From: Trueperaceae bacterium
GTDB taxonomy: Bacteria > Deinococcota > Deinococci > Deinococcales > Trueperaceae
Direction of reading: 5' to 3'
NCBI GenBank assembly: GCA_035703635.1
Contig: DASSXV010000074.1
Coordinates: 1 to 64,000, forward strand
Length of the DNA: 64,000 bases
Below are positions 10,047 to 19,513 of the stretch, in pieces. The notes beneath the pieces are model-generated. The model made no database searches. It saw only the letters and a program-made list of their open reading frames with translations, and was not told the DNA's origin. Every line of letters starts with the position of its first letter. The stretch's first letter is position 1. The translations under genes were made by a program, and so were the position numbers.

Positions 10047-11112
10047 CCTCGGCAGCGTAACGGTGGCCGCGCTCCTCGGCGCCATCGGGGCGAACCTGGA
10101 GCACGGACCGCCCAGTGCGCTTGGCGGGCGCCTCGTCAGGTTGGTAGACGCCAGCATGCTGACGGCCGCCAACGCCGAGGGGAGCCTGTGCGTCATGAGC
10201 GCTTCCGAGGTGGTCGGCGGACCGCCTGCCAGCCAGCCGACGCTGCTCGTGGTGCCAACCACCACGACCTGGGTCGCGGATTACGACGGCGCCGTAGCGC
10301 GCGTGCCAGACGCCCGCCTCGCGCTCGCGCACGCCAGCGCCCACTTCGTAAGTCCGCACTTGCCTGCCGTCGGCGTGGACGAGCGGGCAAGCGTTCACCT
10401 CAGCGCCACGCTCGGCGCCGGCGTGCGCGTGGCTGCTTACGCGGTCATCGGCGCTGGCGCGGTGCTTGGCCAAGACTGCGCCGTTGGGGCAGGCAGCGTG
10501 ATCGGCGAGGGGGTAACGCTCGGCGCTGGCTGCCGCCTCTATCCGAACGTCACCATCTACCCTGGCGTAGTGTTCGGCGACCGGGTGGTCGTGCACGCTG
10601 GCAGCGTCATCGGCGCGGACGGCTTCGGTTACGCCGCCGGTCCTGCCGGCGCGGTCAAGGTCCACCACGTCGGCGGGGTGCGCTTGGAAGACGACGTGGA
10701 AGTCGGCGCCAACACCTGCATCGACCGCGGCACGCTGCAAGACACGGTGGTCGGTGCCCGCACCAAGATCGACAATCACTGCCAGGTAGGCCACAACGTG
10801 CAGATCGGTCACGACACCCTGATAGCAGGCATGGCCGCCATCGCTGGCAGCGTCAAGATCGGTTCAGGCGTGATCATCGGGGGCGCAGTAGGCATCAGCG
10901 ATCACGTGACCATCGGTGACGGCGCCCGCCTAGCTGGCCGCAGCGGCGTGACCAAGAGCGTGCCAGCGGGCGCGACCTGGGCGGGCTTCCCCGCGCGGCC
11001 GCATCGTGAGTTCGTGCGCGAGCTCTACCTGCTGGGCAAGCTCGAGGACCTGTGGCGGCGCGCCAAAGCTGGCGCCAGGGGCGAGGAGCGAGAGGGGTCG
11101 ACCGAAGAGTGA
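10039..11112 (+). CDS. lpxD: UDP-3-O-acylglucosamine N-acyltransferase LpxD
   Basis: Hexapeptide repeats; GADGFGY, EVGANTCIDRG and TKIDNHCQVGHNV motifs. Confidence 0.93.
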   Translation: MSDLGSVTVAALLGAIGANLEHGPPSALGGRLVRLVDASMLTAANAEGSLCVMSASEVVGGPPASQPTLLVVPTTTTWVADYDGAVARVPDARLALAHASAHFVSPHLPAVGVDERASVHLSATLGAGVRVAAYAVIGAGAVLGQDCAVGAGSVIGEGVTLGAGCRLYPNVTIYPGVVFGDRVVVHAGSVIGADGFGYAAGPAGAVKVHHVGGVRLEDDVEVGANTCIDRGTLQDTVVGARTKIDNHCQVGHNVQIGHDTLIAGMAAIAGSVKIGSGVIIGGAVGISDHVTIGDGARLAGRSGVTKSVPAGATWAGFPARPHREFVRELYLLGKLEDLWRRAKAGARGEEREGSTEE

Positions 11113-11882
11113 CGAACGTCAAGGGCCTCGCCATCCATAGCGGCCGCACCTGCAGCGTCACCCTCCACCGCGTAGCCGGCCCCACGCGCTTCTTACGGGC
11201 AGGAGTCAGCGTGCCAGCAGACCTCGACCACGTGATCGGCGCTCAGCGCGCCACGAGTTTGGGCGCCGACGGCGCCAGCGTTCACCTCGTCGAGCACCTG
11301 CTAGCCGCGCTGCGCATAGCGGGCTTCTACTCCGGGGTGCTGATCGAGGCGAGCGCTGATGAACTGCCGATCCTCGACGGCTCCGCGGCGCCGTGGGTCG
11401 AGGCTGTTGCGCAACTCGGGGCCCCGCCTCCCCCACCACCGGCCATAGTCGTGACTAGCAGCCTCGAAGTCAGCGCTCGCGGCGGCGTCGCCAGCGCGGC
11501 GCCTGGCCAGGAGGAGCTCAGCTACGGCATCGCTTTCGACCACCCGGCGATCGGCGCGCAAACGTGGCACGGCACGCCTGGGACGTACGCCGAGCTACTG
11601 GACGCGCGCACCTTCGGGTTCGAGAGCGACTGGGAAGCTTTGAAGGCGCAAGGAATGGCGTTAGGAGCGAGCGAAGAGCATGCTATCGTCTTCCTGATGG
11701 ACGGACCCTCGCGTCCCCTACGTCACCCCCTCGAGCCGGTACGCCACAAGGCACTGGACGCGCTAGGCGACCTGGCGCTCCTCGGCCGTCCCGTCTTTGG
11801 TCGCGTGAGCATCGACCGCGGCTCACACGCCCTCCACCACGAACTGGCCCGAGCGCTCGAGCGCAGCGCGGTAACGGAGTGA
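11109..11882 (+). CDS. lpxC: UDP-3-O-acyl-GlcNAc deacetylase LpxC
   Basis: GLAIHSG, VEHLLAAL, ELPILDGSA, ARTFGF and RHKALDALGDLAL motifs. Confidence 0.93.
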   Translation: MTNVKGLAIHSGRTCSVTLHRVAGPTRFLRAGVSVPADLDHVIGAQRATSLGADGASVHLVEHLLAALRIAGFYSGVLIEASADELPILDGSAAPWVEAVAQLGAPPPPPPAIVVTSSLEVSARGGVASAAPGQEELSYGIAFDHPAIGAQTWHGTPGTYAELLDARTFGFESDWEALKAQGMALGASEEHAIVFLMDGPSRPLRHPLEPVRHKALDALGDLALLGRPVFGRVSIDRGSHALHHELARALERSAVTE

Positions 11883-12865
11883 GCGCGCTGGGGGACCACC
11901 CAGACACGTTGCGAGTGGCCGTGATCGGCTCCGGCGTTATGGGCCGCCACCACGCCACCAACTACCTGTCACTGCCGCACGTGCGCCTCGTCGCCATGGT
12001 CGACCCCGACCCGGCCAGGCGGGCAGAAGCGCACCGCGCCTTCAAGTGCGCTACTTACGCGACCGCCGAGGAGATGCTCGCCCGCGAGGTCATCGACGCA
12101 GCCAGCGTTGCCGTGCCAACCAGCCTCCACTACCTAGTGACGCGCATGCTGCTAGACGCGGGCGTGCACGTCCTAGTCGAGAAGCCGGTCGCTACCGAAG
12201 TCGCGCAGGCGCGCGCCCTCGCGCAGCTCTCCAAGGAGCGCGGCCTAGTGCTGCAGGTCGGGCATATCACGCGCTTCTACGGAGCCGTGCAGTTGCTCGC
12301 ACGCGAGGTGAAGGACCCCTACCTGATCGAGGCGCGCAGGCTGTCGCCTTCGCAGCGGGTGAAGGACGTCGGGGTGGTCCTCGACCTCATGATTCACGAC
12401 ATCGACATCCTCCTCGGACTCGTCAACAGCCAAGTCGTCGACCTGGCAGCTACGGGCCTGCCGCTCAACGGCTCGCCGCTCGAGGACGTCGCCGCCGCCC
12501 AGATCACCTTCGAGAGCGGCTGCGTTGCGCGCCTGCTCGCCAGCCGCGTTTCACCAGACCCCGAGCGCACCATGCTCATCGCCGCGCGCGACAAGACCGT
12601 GAGGGTCGACTTCGGCAAGGAACCTTACAGCGAGGTGCAGTTCTTCCGGACGCCAGGAGCCGTCCTCAGCACGGGCCACGTGAACCTCGATCGTCACCTC
12701 GTGCACGACGAGAACCCGCTGCGAAAGGAGCTCGAGCACTTCCTAGCGCGCATCGGCCGCAAGGCCGATCCCATCGGCACGCTGGCCGACGATCTGCGCT
12801 CGCTGGAACTCGCGACGCGCATCCTCGCCGCGATGCCGACCGACCGCCCCGTACCGGTACACTGA
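11879..12865 (+). CDS. Gfo/Idh/MocA oxidoreductase, GnnA-like (putative UDP-GlcNAc 3-dehydrogenase)
   Basis: GSGVMG Rossmann motif, HVLVEKP, LQVGH, DVGVVLDLMIHDID; lies inside the lpx operon. Confidence 0.75.
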   Translation: MSALGDHPDTLRVAVIGSGVMGRHHATNYLSLPHVRLVAMVDPDPARRAEAHRAFKCATYATAEEMLAREVIDAASVAVPTSLHYLVTRMLLDAGVHVLVEKPVATEVAQARALAQLSKERGLVLQVGHITRFYGAVQLLAREVKDPYLIEARRLSPSQRVKDVGVVLDLMIHDIDILLGLVNSQVVDLAATGLPLNGSPLEDVAAAQITFESGCVARLLASRVSPDPERTMLIAARDKTVRVDFGKEPYSEVQFFRTPGAVLSTGHVNLDRHLVHDENPLRKELEHFLARIGRKADPIGTLADDLRSLELATRILAAMPTDRPVPVH

Positions 12866-12870
12866 TCGAT

Positions 12871-13293
12871 ATGGCCGTAAACATCCGCGGCATCCTCCCG
12901 CACCGCTACCCGTTCCTGCTGGTCGACGCCTTCGTAAGCCAAGAGGGCGACGACTTCGAGTGCCTGAAGAACGTCAGCCACAACGAGCCATTCTTCGTCG
13001 GGCACTTCCCAGACGAACCCGTCATGCCCGGCGTGCTCATCATCGAGGCGCTGGCGCAGGCGGCGGCCGTCGGGCTGGCCGTTCGTGAGGGCAAGACCGC
13101 GGAGCCAGGAGTGGGTTACCTGGCAGGGGTGGAGGCCGCCAAGTTCCGCCGCAAGGTCGTGCCTGGCGATCAACTGCGCCTCACGGGCACCATCGTCATG
13201 TTCAGGCGCGGGCTATGCAAGGTCGAAGCGCGCGCGCTCGTCGGTGACGAGGTGGCCGCGGAGGCGAGCCTGTCGTTCATGTACGCCCGCTGA
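12871..13293 (+). CDS. fabZ: 3-hydroxyacyl-ACP dehydratase FabZ
   Basis: LPHRYPFLLVD and FVGHFPDEPVMPGVLIIEALAQ motifs. Confidence 0.95.
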   Translation: MAVNIRGILPHRYPFLLVDAFVSQEGDDFECLKNVSHNEPFFVGHFPDEPVMPGVLIIEALAQAAAVGLAVREGKTAEPGVGYLAGVEAAKFRRKVVPGDQLRLTGTIVMFRRGLCKVEARALVGDEVAAEASLSFMYAR

Positions 13294-14078
13294 TGACGGG
13301 CGCCGTTGCCGGCCGCTCGCCTACGGCCGTTATCTCGCTAACTGCGCGCCTGGCGCTCGACGTCGAGGTCGGGCCGTTCGTCGTCATCGAGGACGACGTC
13401 GAGGTCGGTGCGGGCACGCGCTTGCTGACTGGCACCGTGCTGCATTCAGGTAGCCGCGTTGGCGCGGGCTGCACCATCGGCCCGTACGCCGTGGTTGGCG
13501 GCGAGCCGATGGACTCGCACTTCGGCGGTGAGGAGTCGTACGCGGTCGTCGAGGACGGCGTTACGCTGCGCGACTTCGTCACCGTGCACCGCGCCACTGG
13601 CGCGGGCCGCGCCACGCGCGTCGGCACGGGCAGCCTAGTCATGAGTTACGTTCACGTGTCGCATAACACGGTCATCGGCGAGCACGCCGTGATCACGACG
13701 GCGGCGCAGTTGGGCGGGCACGTTCAGATCGGGCACCACGCAGTCTTGGGTTCAGGGGCGCTCCTCCACCAGTTCACGCGCGTGGGCGCGTACGCCATGT
13801 TCGGCGCAGCGAGCGCAGCGAACCAAGACGTACTACCTTTCAGCATGGCGCGCGGCAACCCCGCTAGGCACTACCGCCTGAACGGCATCGGCTTGAAGCG
13901 CAACGGCATCAGCGGCGAACGCTACCGCGACCTCGAGCGGGCGCTGCGTTACGTGCGCCGCAAGGAGCTCTCCGCGTTGGCCGACCTGGCGGCTACAAGC
14001 CCCGACGCCAAGGAACTGCTCGACTTCATCGCTGCCAGCGAGCGCGGCGTGGCGCGCTTCGTGACGGCCGGCGGATGA
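13293..14078 (+). CDS. lpxA: Acyl-ACP--UDP-GlcNAc O-acyltransferase LpxA
   Basis: Hexapeptide repeats; RDFVTVHRATG, YVHVSHN, GHV, LHQF and LNGIGLKR motifs. Confidence 0.92.
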   Translation: MTGAVAGRSPTAVISLTARLALDVEVGPFVVIEDDVEVGAGTRLLTGTVLHSGSRVGAGCTIGPYAVVGGEPMDSHFGGEESYAVVEDGVTLRDFVTVHRATGAGRATRVGTGSLVMSYVHVSHNTVIGEHAVITTAAQLGGHVQIGHHAVLGSGALLHQFTRVGAYAMFGAASAANQDVLPFSMARGNPARHYRLNGIGLKRNGISGERYRDLERALRYVRRKELSALADLAATSPDAKELLDFIAASERGVARFVTAGG

Positions 14079-15325
14079 GCACGCCTGACCGCCGACCTGA
14101 TTACCAGGTCGTGCTCGTCAGCAACGGCCCGGGCGAGCTCTACACCTGGGTGCGGCCCGTCTTGGAGGAGTTGCGGCGCTCCGCGCCGGACGTCAGCGCC
14201 GCCATCAGCCTCGTGCCGTGCCAGTTCGCTGGCGGGAACGAAGCGAGCATCGCGCGAACTTTCCAACCCGACGTTCTAACGACCCCGACTCAGTACCTCA
14301 GGGGCGCCGCGGTGGGGGCGGCGCCCGAGAGCCTGCAGGGCCCGGCACGCGGCGTCGTCGTCGGGTTGGGCGGCAACGTGGCGCTGGCGGTCGCGCTAGG
14401 CAAGCGCCTCGGCTACCCGACGTACCGGTACAGTTTCGAGCCCAACTGGCAGGCCGGCCTTGAGGCGCTCCTCGTGCCAGACGAGCGCGTGAGGCAGCGG
14501 GCACTCAAGGGCGGTGCGCCAGCAGCGCGCGTGCGCGTCGTTGGCAACCTCGTGGCGGACGCGGTCGAGGACGCCCAGCCCGCGCCGGCGCCCGGCGATC
14601 CGCACGTCCTGCTCTTCGCTGGCAGCCGCGACGCCTTCGCCGTCCACGTGATCCCGCTACTCATCGGGGTCGTCGACCGCCTGAACGCCACCTTGCCAGG
14701 CGCGCGCTTCGTCTGGCCGGTAAGCCGCCTCCTGCAACCGAAGACGCTGAGCGACGGCGTTGCCGGCAAGCATGCAGCCACGCTCGGCGGCATGGCTGGT
14801 GAGCTCGAGGACGACGGCGCCACCAGGACCATCGTCACGCCGTCCGGCGGGCGCATAGAACTGCTGCCTGAAGAAGAGCGCTACGCCCACATGCTGGCGG
14901 CGGACATCGCCCTCACCATCCCCGGCACCAACACCTTGGAGCTGGGCATCGCGGGCGTTCCCGCGCTCGTCCTCCTTCCGCTGAACCGACCAGAACTCAT
15001 CCCGCTCGAGGGCGCGGGTCATTGGCTTGGGCTCGTGCCGCTCGTCGGCAAGTACCTGAAGCGCCACGCCGTTAGGTTGTTCGTCAGTGGCCTCAAGGTG
15101 CCGGTATCGCTGCCTAACCGCATGGCAGGCGAGGATTTGATGGTCGAGCTAAGTGGCCACGTCGACCCAGAACGGGTAGCGAACGCCGTGGCGAACATGC
15201 TGGCGGACGAAGCCGACTTGGCGCGGCGCCGCGAGCGCCTGGCCGCCACCATGCCGCGACGCGGTGCGGCAGCCGCGCTACTCGCGGAAGTCATGCATGA
15301 GGGAGAGGCGGAGCAGAGGCCATGA
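14075..15325 (+). CDS. lpxB: Lipid-A-disaccharide synthase LpxB-like glycosyltransferase
   Basis: SNGPGE N-terminal motif, VVGNL, AGSR, GTNTLELG and SLPN; position in the operon. Confidence 0.78.
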   Translation: MSTPDRRPDYQVVLVSNGPGELYTWVRPVLEELRRSAPDVSAAISLVPCQFAGGNEASIARTFQPDVLTTPTQYLRGAAVGAAPESLQGPARGVVVGLGGNVALAVALGKRLGYPTYRYSFEPNWQAGLEALLVPDERVRQRALKGGAPAARVRVVGNLVADAVEDAQPAPAPGDPHVLLFAGSRDAFAVHVIPLLIGVVDRLNATLPGARFVWPVSRLLQPKTLSDGVAGKHAATLGGMAGELEDDGATRTIVTPSGGRIELLPEEERYAHMLAADIALTIPGTNTLELGIAGVPALVLLPLNRPELIPLEGAGHWLGLVPLVGKYLKRHAVRLFVSGLKVPVSLPNRMAGEDLMVELSGHVDPERVANAVANMLADEADLARRRERLAATMPRRGAAAALLAEVMHEGEAEQRP

Positions 15326-17025
15326 GTGCCAGTGAGCCAGGGGGCGGCAGCGGCCCGGGCGCGCTCTTGTGGCCACGCTCGACTAGCGCCTGGCTTGGGG
15401 TGGCGGCCGCGCTGATCGGCGCCGGCATGCGGGTGGCCATCGTGCCGCTGTTCATCACGCCGCTGTTCGATGAGGTGCTGCAGGCGCAGGACGTGTCCGC
15501 GCTACCGCGCGTGCTGTTGGTAGCTGGCGCCATCGCGCTTGGCGGCAGCCTCGCCTTGTGGGCGCAGGACGCGCTCCTCGGTCGTGCGGCCGCACACGTC
15601 GGCGCACTGTGGCGCGAGCGCCTCTACGGCAAACTCCTCGCCGCGGCCCCAGGCAGCTTGCCAGGGACGAGCGGCGCCCTAGCCGGCAGGGTGGTGAGCG
15701 ACCTGCGCGAGGTAGAGACGTACTTCCGCTACGGGCTCGGCACGCTCATCACCGAAAGCGCCACCTTGGCGCTGATCCTCGCGCTGCTCGTACGCTCCGA
15801 CGCGCGTGCGGCCGGCGCGCTCTTCGCGCTTGCTTTGCCCGCCGCGTTCGCGCTGCGCCTCGTCGGCCGCTGGTTGGAGGGTGCCACCCGTGGGGCGCTC
15901 GAAGGCACGGAAGAAGTCGCTCACCACCTGCAGGAGGGCCTGAAGCACCACGAGCTCGTGCGCGCCTTCGGGGCCAACCGCGCCATGCTTGCGCGTTTCG
16001 AGGCCGCCAATCGGCGCACGGCGCGGGCGACGGCGCGGCGCAGCCTGATCGCCGGCCTGCAGACGCCACTCACGCAACTGATCGTGTTCGGCGCCGTAGG
16101 GTTGCTGGTAGTGCTGTTGGTCAACGCCGTCGGGCGCGGCGCCCTAACGGTCGGCGACGTCGTCGCGTTCCTCACCCTTGTTGCCCTTGCGGCTACCCCA
16201 ACGCAGCTCCTACCGCAGGGTTACGCCATGTACCGCCAGGCGCGGGCGGCCGCCACGCGCCTCAACGACCTGTACCGCGGCGGAAGCCCCACCCCCGACC
16301 TTGGCGCCAGCGAACCGGCGGCGGTGCGGTTCAGGGCGCTACGTCAGTCGCCTGCGCTCGCGGGCGCTGCTCCCCTGTTGACGTTGCAGGACGTCAGCTT
16401 CGGCTACGCTCCCGGGCGCCAGGTCTTGTCCGGCGTGAACCTCACGTTCCCGGACCGCGGTCTAGTGGTGGTCGGCGGTGCGAGCGGCAGCGGTAAGACG
16501 ACGCTGCTCAGGTTGCTGCTACGCTTCGCCCTGCCGAGCGCGGGCCGCGTGACGCTGGCTGGGCAGGACCTAGCGACGGTCGAGGAGGCCAGTTTGAGGA
16601 CGCGACTGGCCTACGTGCCGCAAGGGCACGAGCTCCTCTCTGGCGAGCTGCGCGCGGCGTTGAAGATGGGCAGGGACGTCACCGACGCCGAGCTGTGGTG
16701 GGCGCTCGAGGCCGTCGGCATGGCGGCGGCGGTGCGCGCGCTGCCCGAACAGTTGGGTGCGCAGCTCGGCGAGGACGGCGGCGGCTTCTCCGGCGGGCAA
16801 CGGCAGCGCCTCGCCATAGCCCGCGCCCTCCTCGGCCGCCCCGACGCCGTGCTGCTAGACGAGCCGACGTCAAGCCTCGACGACGCCAGCGAAGCCGAGA
16901 TCGTCGCCCTCCTCGTGCGCCTGGCCAGTGAGCGCTTGGTCCTCGCCGTAACGCACCGGCCCGCCCTGGCGCGCAGCGCCGACGTGGTTGTCATGGCCGA
17001 GGGGCAAGCGGCGGTGAAGGCGTGA
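15322..17025 (+). CDS. MsbA-like ABC exporter (TM domain + NBD)
   Basis: GASGSGKTT, FSGGQRQR and LLDEPTS motifs; N-terminal TM domain; follows lpxB. Confidence 0.85.
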   Translation: MSASEPGGGSGPGALLWPRSTSAWLGVAAALIGAGMRVAIVPLFITPLFDEVLQAQDVSALPRVLLVAGAIALGGSLALWAQDALLGRAAAHVGALWRERLYGKLLAAAPGSLPGTSGALAGRVVSDLREVETYFRYGLGTLITESATLALILALLVRSDARAAGALFALALPAAFALRLVGRWLEGATRGALEGTEEVAHHLQEGLKHHELVRAFGANRAMLARFEAANRRTARATARRSLIAGLQTPLTQLIVFGAVGLLVVLLVNAVGRGALTVGDVVAFLTLVALAATPTQLLPQGYAMYRQARAAATRLNDLYRGGSPTPDLGASEPAAVRFRALRQSPALAGAAPLLTLQDVSFGYAPGRQVLSGVNLTFPDRGLVVVGGASGSGKTTLLRLLLRFALPSAGRVTLAGQDLATVEEASLRTRLAYVPQGHELLSGELRAALKMGRDVTDAELWWALEAVGMAAAVRALPEQLGAQLGEDGGGFSGGQRQRLAIARALLGRPDAVLLDEPTSSLDDASEAEIVALLVRLASERLVLAVTHRPALARSADVVVMAEGQAAVKA

Positions 17026-17747
17026 TCTACGACGACGCGGCCGACCTCTACGACCTGCAGTACGCCGCCTACCGCGATGACGTGCCGCACTACCTGCGCC
17101 TAGCTGACGACCTCGGCGGCCCCATCCTCGAGCTAGGGGCGGGGACCGGGCGTTTGACCGAAGCGTTGGCGCGGGCGGGCCACGAGGTGGTGGCCGTCGA
17201 CGCGGCGCCAGCCATGCTCGCGCGCGCACGGGCGCGCGTGACGGCGCCCAACGTGAGGTTCGTCGAGGCCGACATGCGCGCCCTTGACCTAGGGCAACAG
17301 TTCGCGCTCGTCATCGCGCCGTTCAACACGCTCATGCACGCGTACACGCTTAGCGAACAGGACAGCACGCTGGCAGGAGTACACCGCCACCTGGCGCAGG
17401 GCGGCACGTTCGCGTTCGACGTCTACCAACCTCACCTTGGCGCGCTAGGTGTGATGCGCCGGGAGGAGACGTGGGGCGAGCTAGCAGAGGGCACCGAACT
17501 CTTCCTGATCCAGCACCACGACGCCGAGGCGCAGCTGGTCGAGAGCCGCTACTACTTCGACGAGGTGCTAACGGACGGCTTGGTGCGGCGCCGCACGGCG
17601 CGGCTCCTGCAGCGCTACTACCACCGCTATGAGCTGGAGCGCGCGCTGGCGCAGGCTGGCTTCAAGCAGGTGAGGTTGTTCGGCGGCTTCGACAAGTCGC
17701 GGTTGTTGGCCAGCAGCCTCGCCATCGTTGGCTCGGCTAGCCGCTGA
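17022..17747 (+). CDS. Class I SAM-dependent methyltransferase
   Basis: ILELGAGTGR, VAVD and ADMR motifs. Confidence 0.9.
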   Translation: MIYDDAADLYDLQYAAYRDDVPHYLRLADDLGGPILELGAGTGRLTEALARAGHEVVAVDAAPAMLARARARVTAPNVRFVEADMRALDLGQQFALVIAPFNTLMHAYTLSEQDSTLAGVHRHLAQGGTFAFDVYQPHLGALGVMRREETWGELAEGTELFLIQHHDAEAQLVESRYYFDEVLTDGLVRRRTARLLQRYYHRYELERALAQAGFKQVRLFGGFDKSRLLASSLAIVGSASR

Positions 17748-18365
17748 TCACTCTTCCAACGCCAGGCGCTCGATGATGCGCCAATCGGACTGACGCACGA
17801 CGATCGCCTCGGGCAGGCGCAGCGACTCCCACAAGGTGAACGGGTCGACGTCGTTGGCCTTGGCTAGCGCCAAAGCGATGACGGTGCCGTGAGAAACGAC
17901 GGCAAGGCGCTTGCCTGCCCGCGCACTGACGGCGGCGCCCACGCCAGCTAGGAAGCGCCGCTTGGCCTCGTCTGCTGTCTCGTTGCCGAACACCAACACG
18001 TCAGGGCGCGCGAAGAAGCGCCGCATGGTGCGCTTGAACTCGGCGTCTGCCATGTGCGGCACGTTGGCGCGGCGGTGCTCCTCCAAGTCCGTTCCCGTCA
18101 CGCTCTGCAGTCCGAGGACGAGGCCGAGCGTCTTGGCCGTGCCGAGCGCCTTCGCCTCGACGCTCGAGACGATGGCGTCTAGCGTACCGAGCGCGCCCTC
18201 GTCGCCTGGCACGGCGAGTCGCACCTTCGCCAGCGCCATCGCCAGAGCGGCCGTGCGCTCCATGGCGCCTGGCGCTAGTTGCCACGCGCTCGAAGGCACG
18301 CCGGGCGCCGGCGTGGTCGGTGCGTGCCTAACCATCACGAGGTCGCCGTGGACGGCCTTCCTCAC
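17748..18365 (-). CDS. Histidine phosphatase (phosphoglycerate mutase) family protein
   Basis: MVRHA, LEEH and VVSHG motifs; GTG start overlaps the upstream stop. Confidence 0.8.
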   Translation of the reverse strand: MRKAVHGDLVMVRHAPTTPAPGVPSSAWQLAPGAMERTAALAMALAKVRLAVPGDEGALGTLDAIVSSVEAKALGTAKTLGLVLGLQSVTGTDLEEHRRANVPHMADAEFKRTMRRFFARPDVLVFGNETADEAKRRFLAGVGAAVSARAGKRLAVVSHGTVIALALAKANDVDPFTLWESLRLPEAIVVRQSDWRIIERLALEE

Positions 18366-19513
18366 GAGCGCTCTTCCAACGCCCGCAAAGCCGCAGCAAC
18401 TGCGACTCCGCGTGGCGTGGCTGGCGCAACGTCGCTCAGCGCGTCTTCGAGGAGTTGCGCCACTGCGACGGCGTCGTAACGGTCGGAGTAGCCGAGGAGG
18501 GAGGGCCGCAACAGGGTTGGCTTGAGTTCGTCCTGGCCGCCAGCCAAGGTGGCGCCGCGCGCCAGCGCGGCTCGCACCACGGCAGGCGCGCTGACGCCGT
18601 CTGGCACGACGAGCGCCGCGACTGCCGGGCTCGGGTGCGCGGCAAGCTGGCGCATGCCGAGGGCGGCGCCCGCGGCCAGCAGCGCGGCGTTGAGCGCGCC
18701 GCGGCGGCGCCACACGCGCTCCAACCCCTCGGCGAGGAGCATGCCGAGCGCCACGTCCAGACCAGCCACCAGCGACACGGCGGGGGTGTACGCCGTCTGC
18801 CCTTGCGCCTGCGCGGCGCGCTCGCGGTGCAGATCTAGGTAGTAACTGCCGCGCTCGACTTTCGCTTCCCAGGCGCGCTCTGACAGCCACACGAACGCCA
18901 GGCCTGGGGGCGTCATCACGCCCTTCTGTGAGCCGGACACCACGGCGTCAAGGCCCCACTCGCGGGGCCGCAGCTCAGCGCTAGCCAGGCTGGTGACGGC
19001 GTCGACGAGCACGAGGGCGTCCGGTCGTTCGCGCCGCACCAGCTCCGCGATGGCCCGCACGTCGTGCAACGCGCCCGTCGAGGTCTCGCTGTGAACGAGC
19101 GTCACGGCGCTCAGGTCTGGCATGGCGCGCAGTCTCGCCGTGAGGGCGTCTCGGTCGAAGTCGACGCCTGCTGGGGAGCTTAGGCGCTCGACGCGGTGGC
19201 CGAGCCGCGCCGCCATGTCGCCCCAGCGCTCCCCGAACTTGCCTGCCTGCAGCGCTAACACGCTGCCGGCGCTTCGCACGCTGGTCGCCAGGGCCGCCTC
19301 GAACCCGGCGGTGCCGCTGCCCGTCAGGATCATCACGTCGTCGCCAGGCACGGCGAAGACCTCGGCGAGGCGTACCCGAGCGCTCGTGAAGGTAGTCATG
19401 AACTCGGGAGCCCGGTGGTGCGGCACCGGCCGCGCCATGGCCTCGAGCACGGCTGGGGGTACCTCAACGGGGCCGGGCGCGATGAGGCGCGGCTTGAAGA
19501 ACTCGCGCGTCAC
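18362..19513 (-). CDS. Class V PLP aminotransferase (alanine-glyoxylate/serine-pyruvate type; possible phosphoserine aminotransferase)
   Basis: PGPV, GSGT, HSETSTG, VDAVTS and SGSQKG motifs. Confidence 0.88.
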   Translation of the reverse strand: MTREFFKPRLIAPGPVEVPPAVLEAMARPVPHHRAPEFMTTFTSARVRLAEVFAVPGDDVMILTGSGTAGFEAALATSVRSAGSVLALQAGKFGERWGDMAARLGHRVERLSSPAGVDFDRDALTARLRAMPDLSAVTLVHSETSTGALHDVRAIAELVRRERPDALVLVDAVTSLASAELRPREWGLDAVVSGSQKGVMTPPGLAFVWLSERAWEAKVERGSYYLDLHRERAAQAQGQTAYTPAVSLVAGLDVALGMLLAEGLERVWRRRGALNAALLAAGAALGMRQLAAHPSPAVAALVVPDGVSAPAVVRAALARGATLAGGQDELKPTLLRPSLLGYSDRYDAVAVAQLLEDALSDVAPATPRGVAVAAALRALEERS

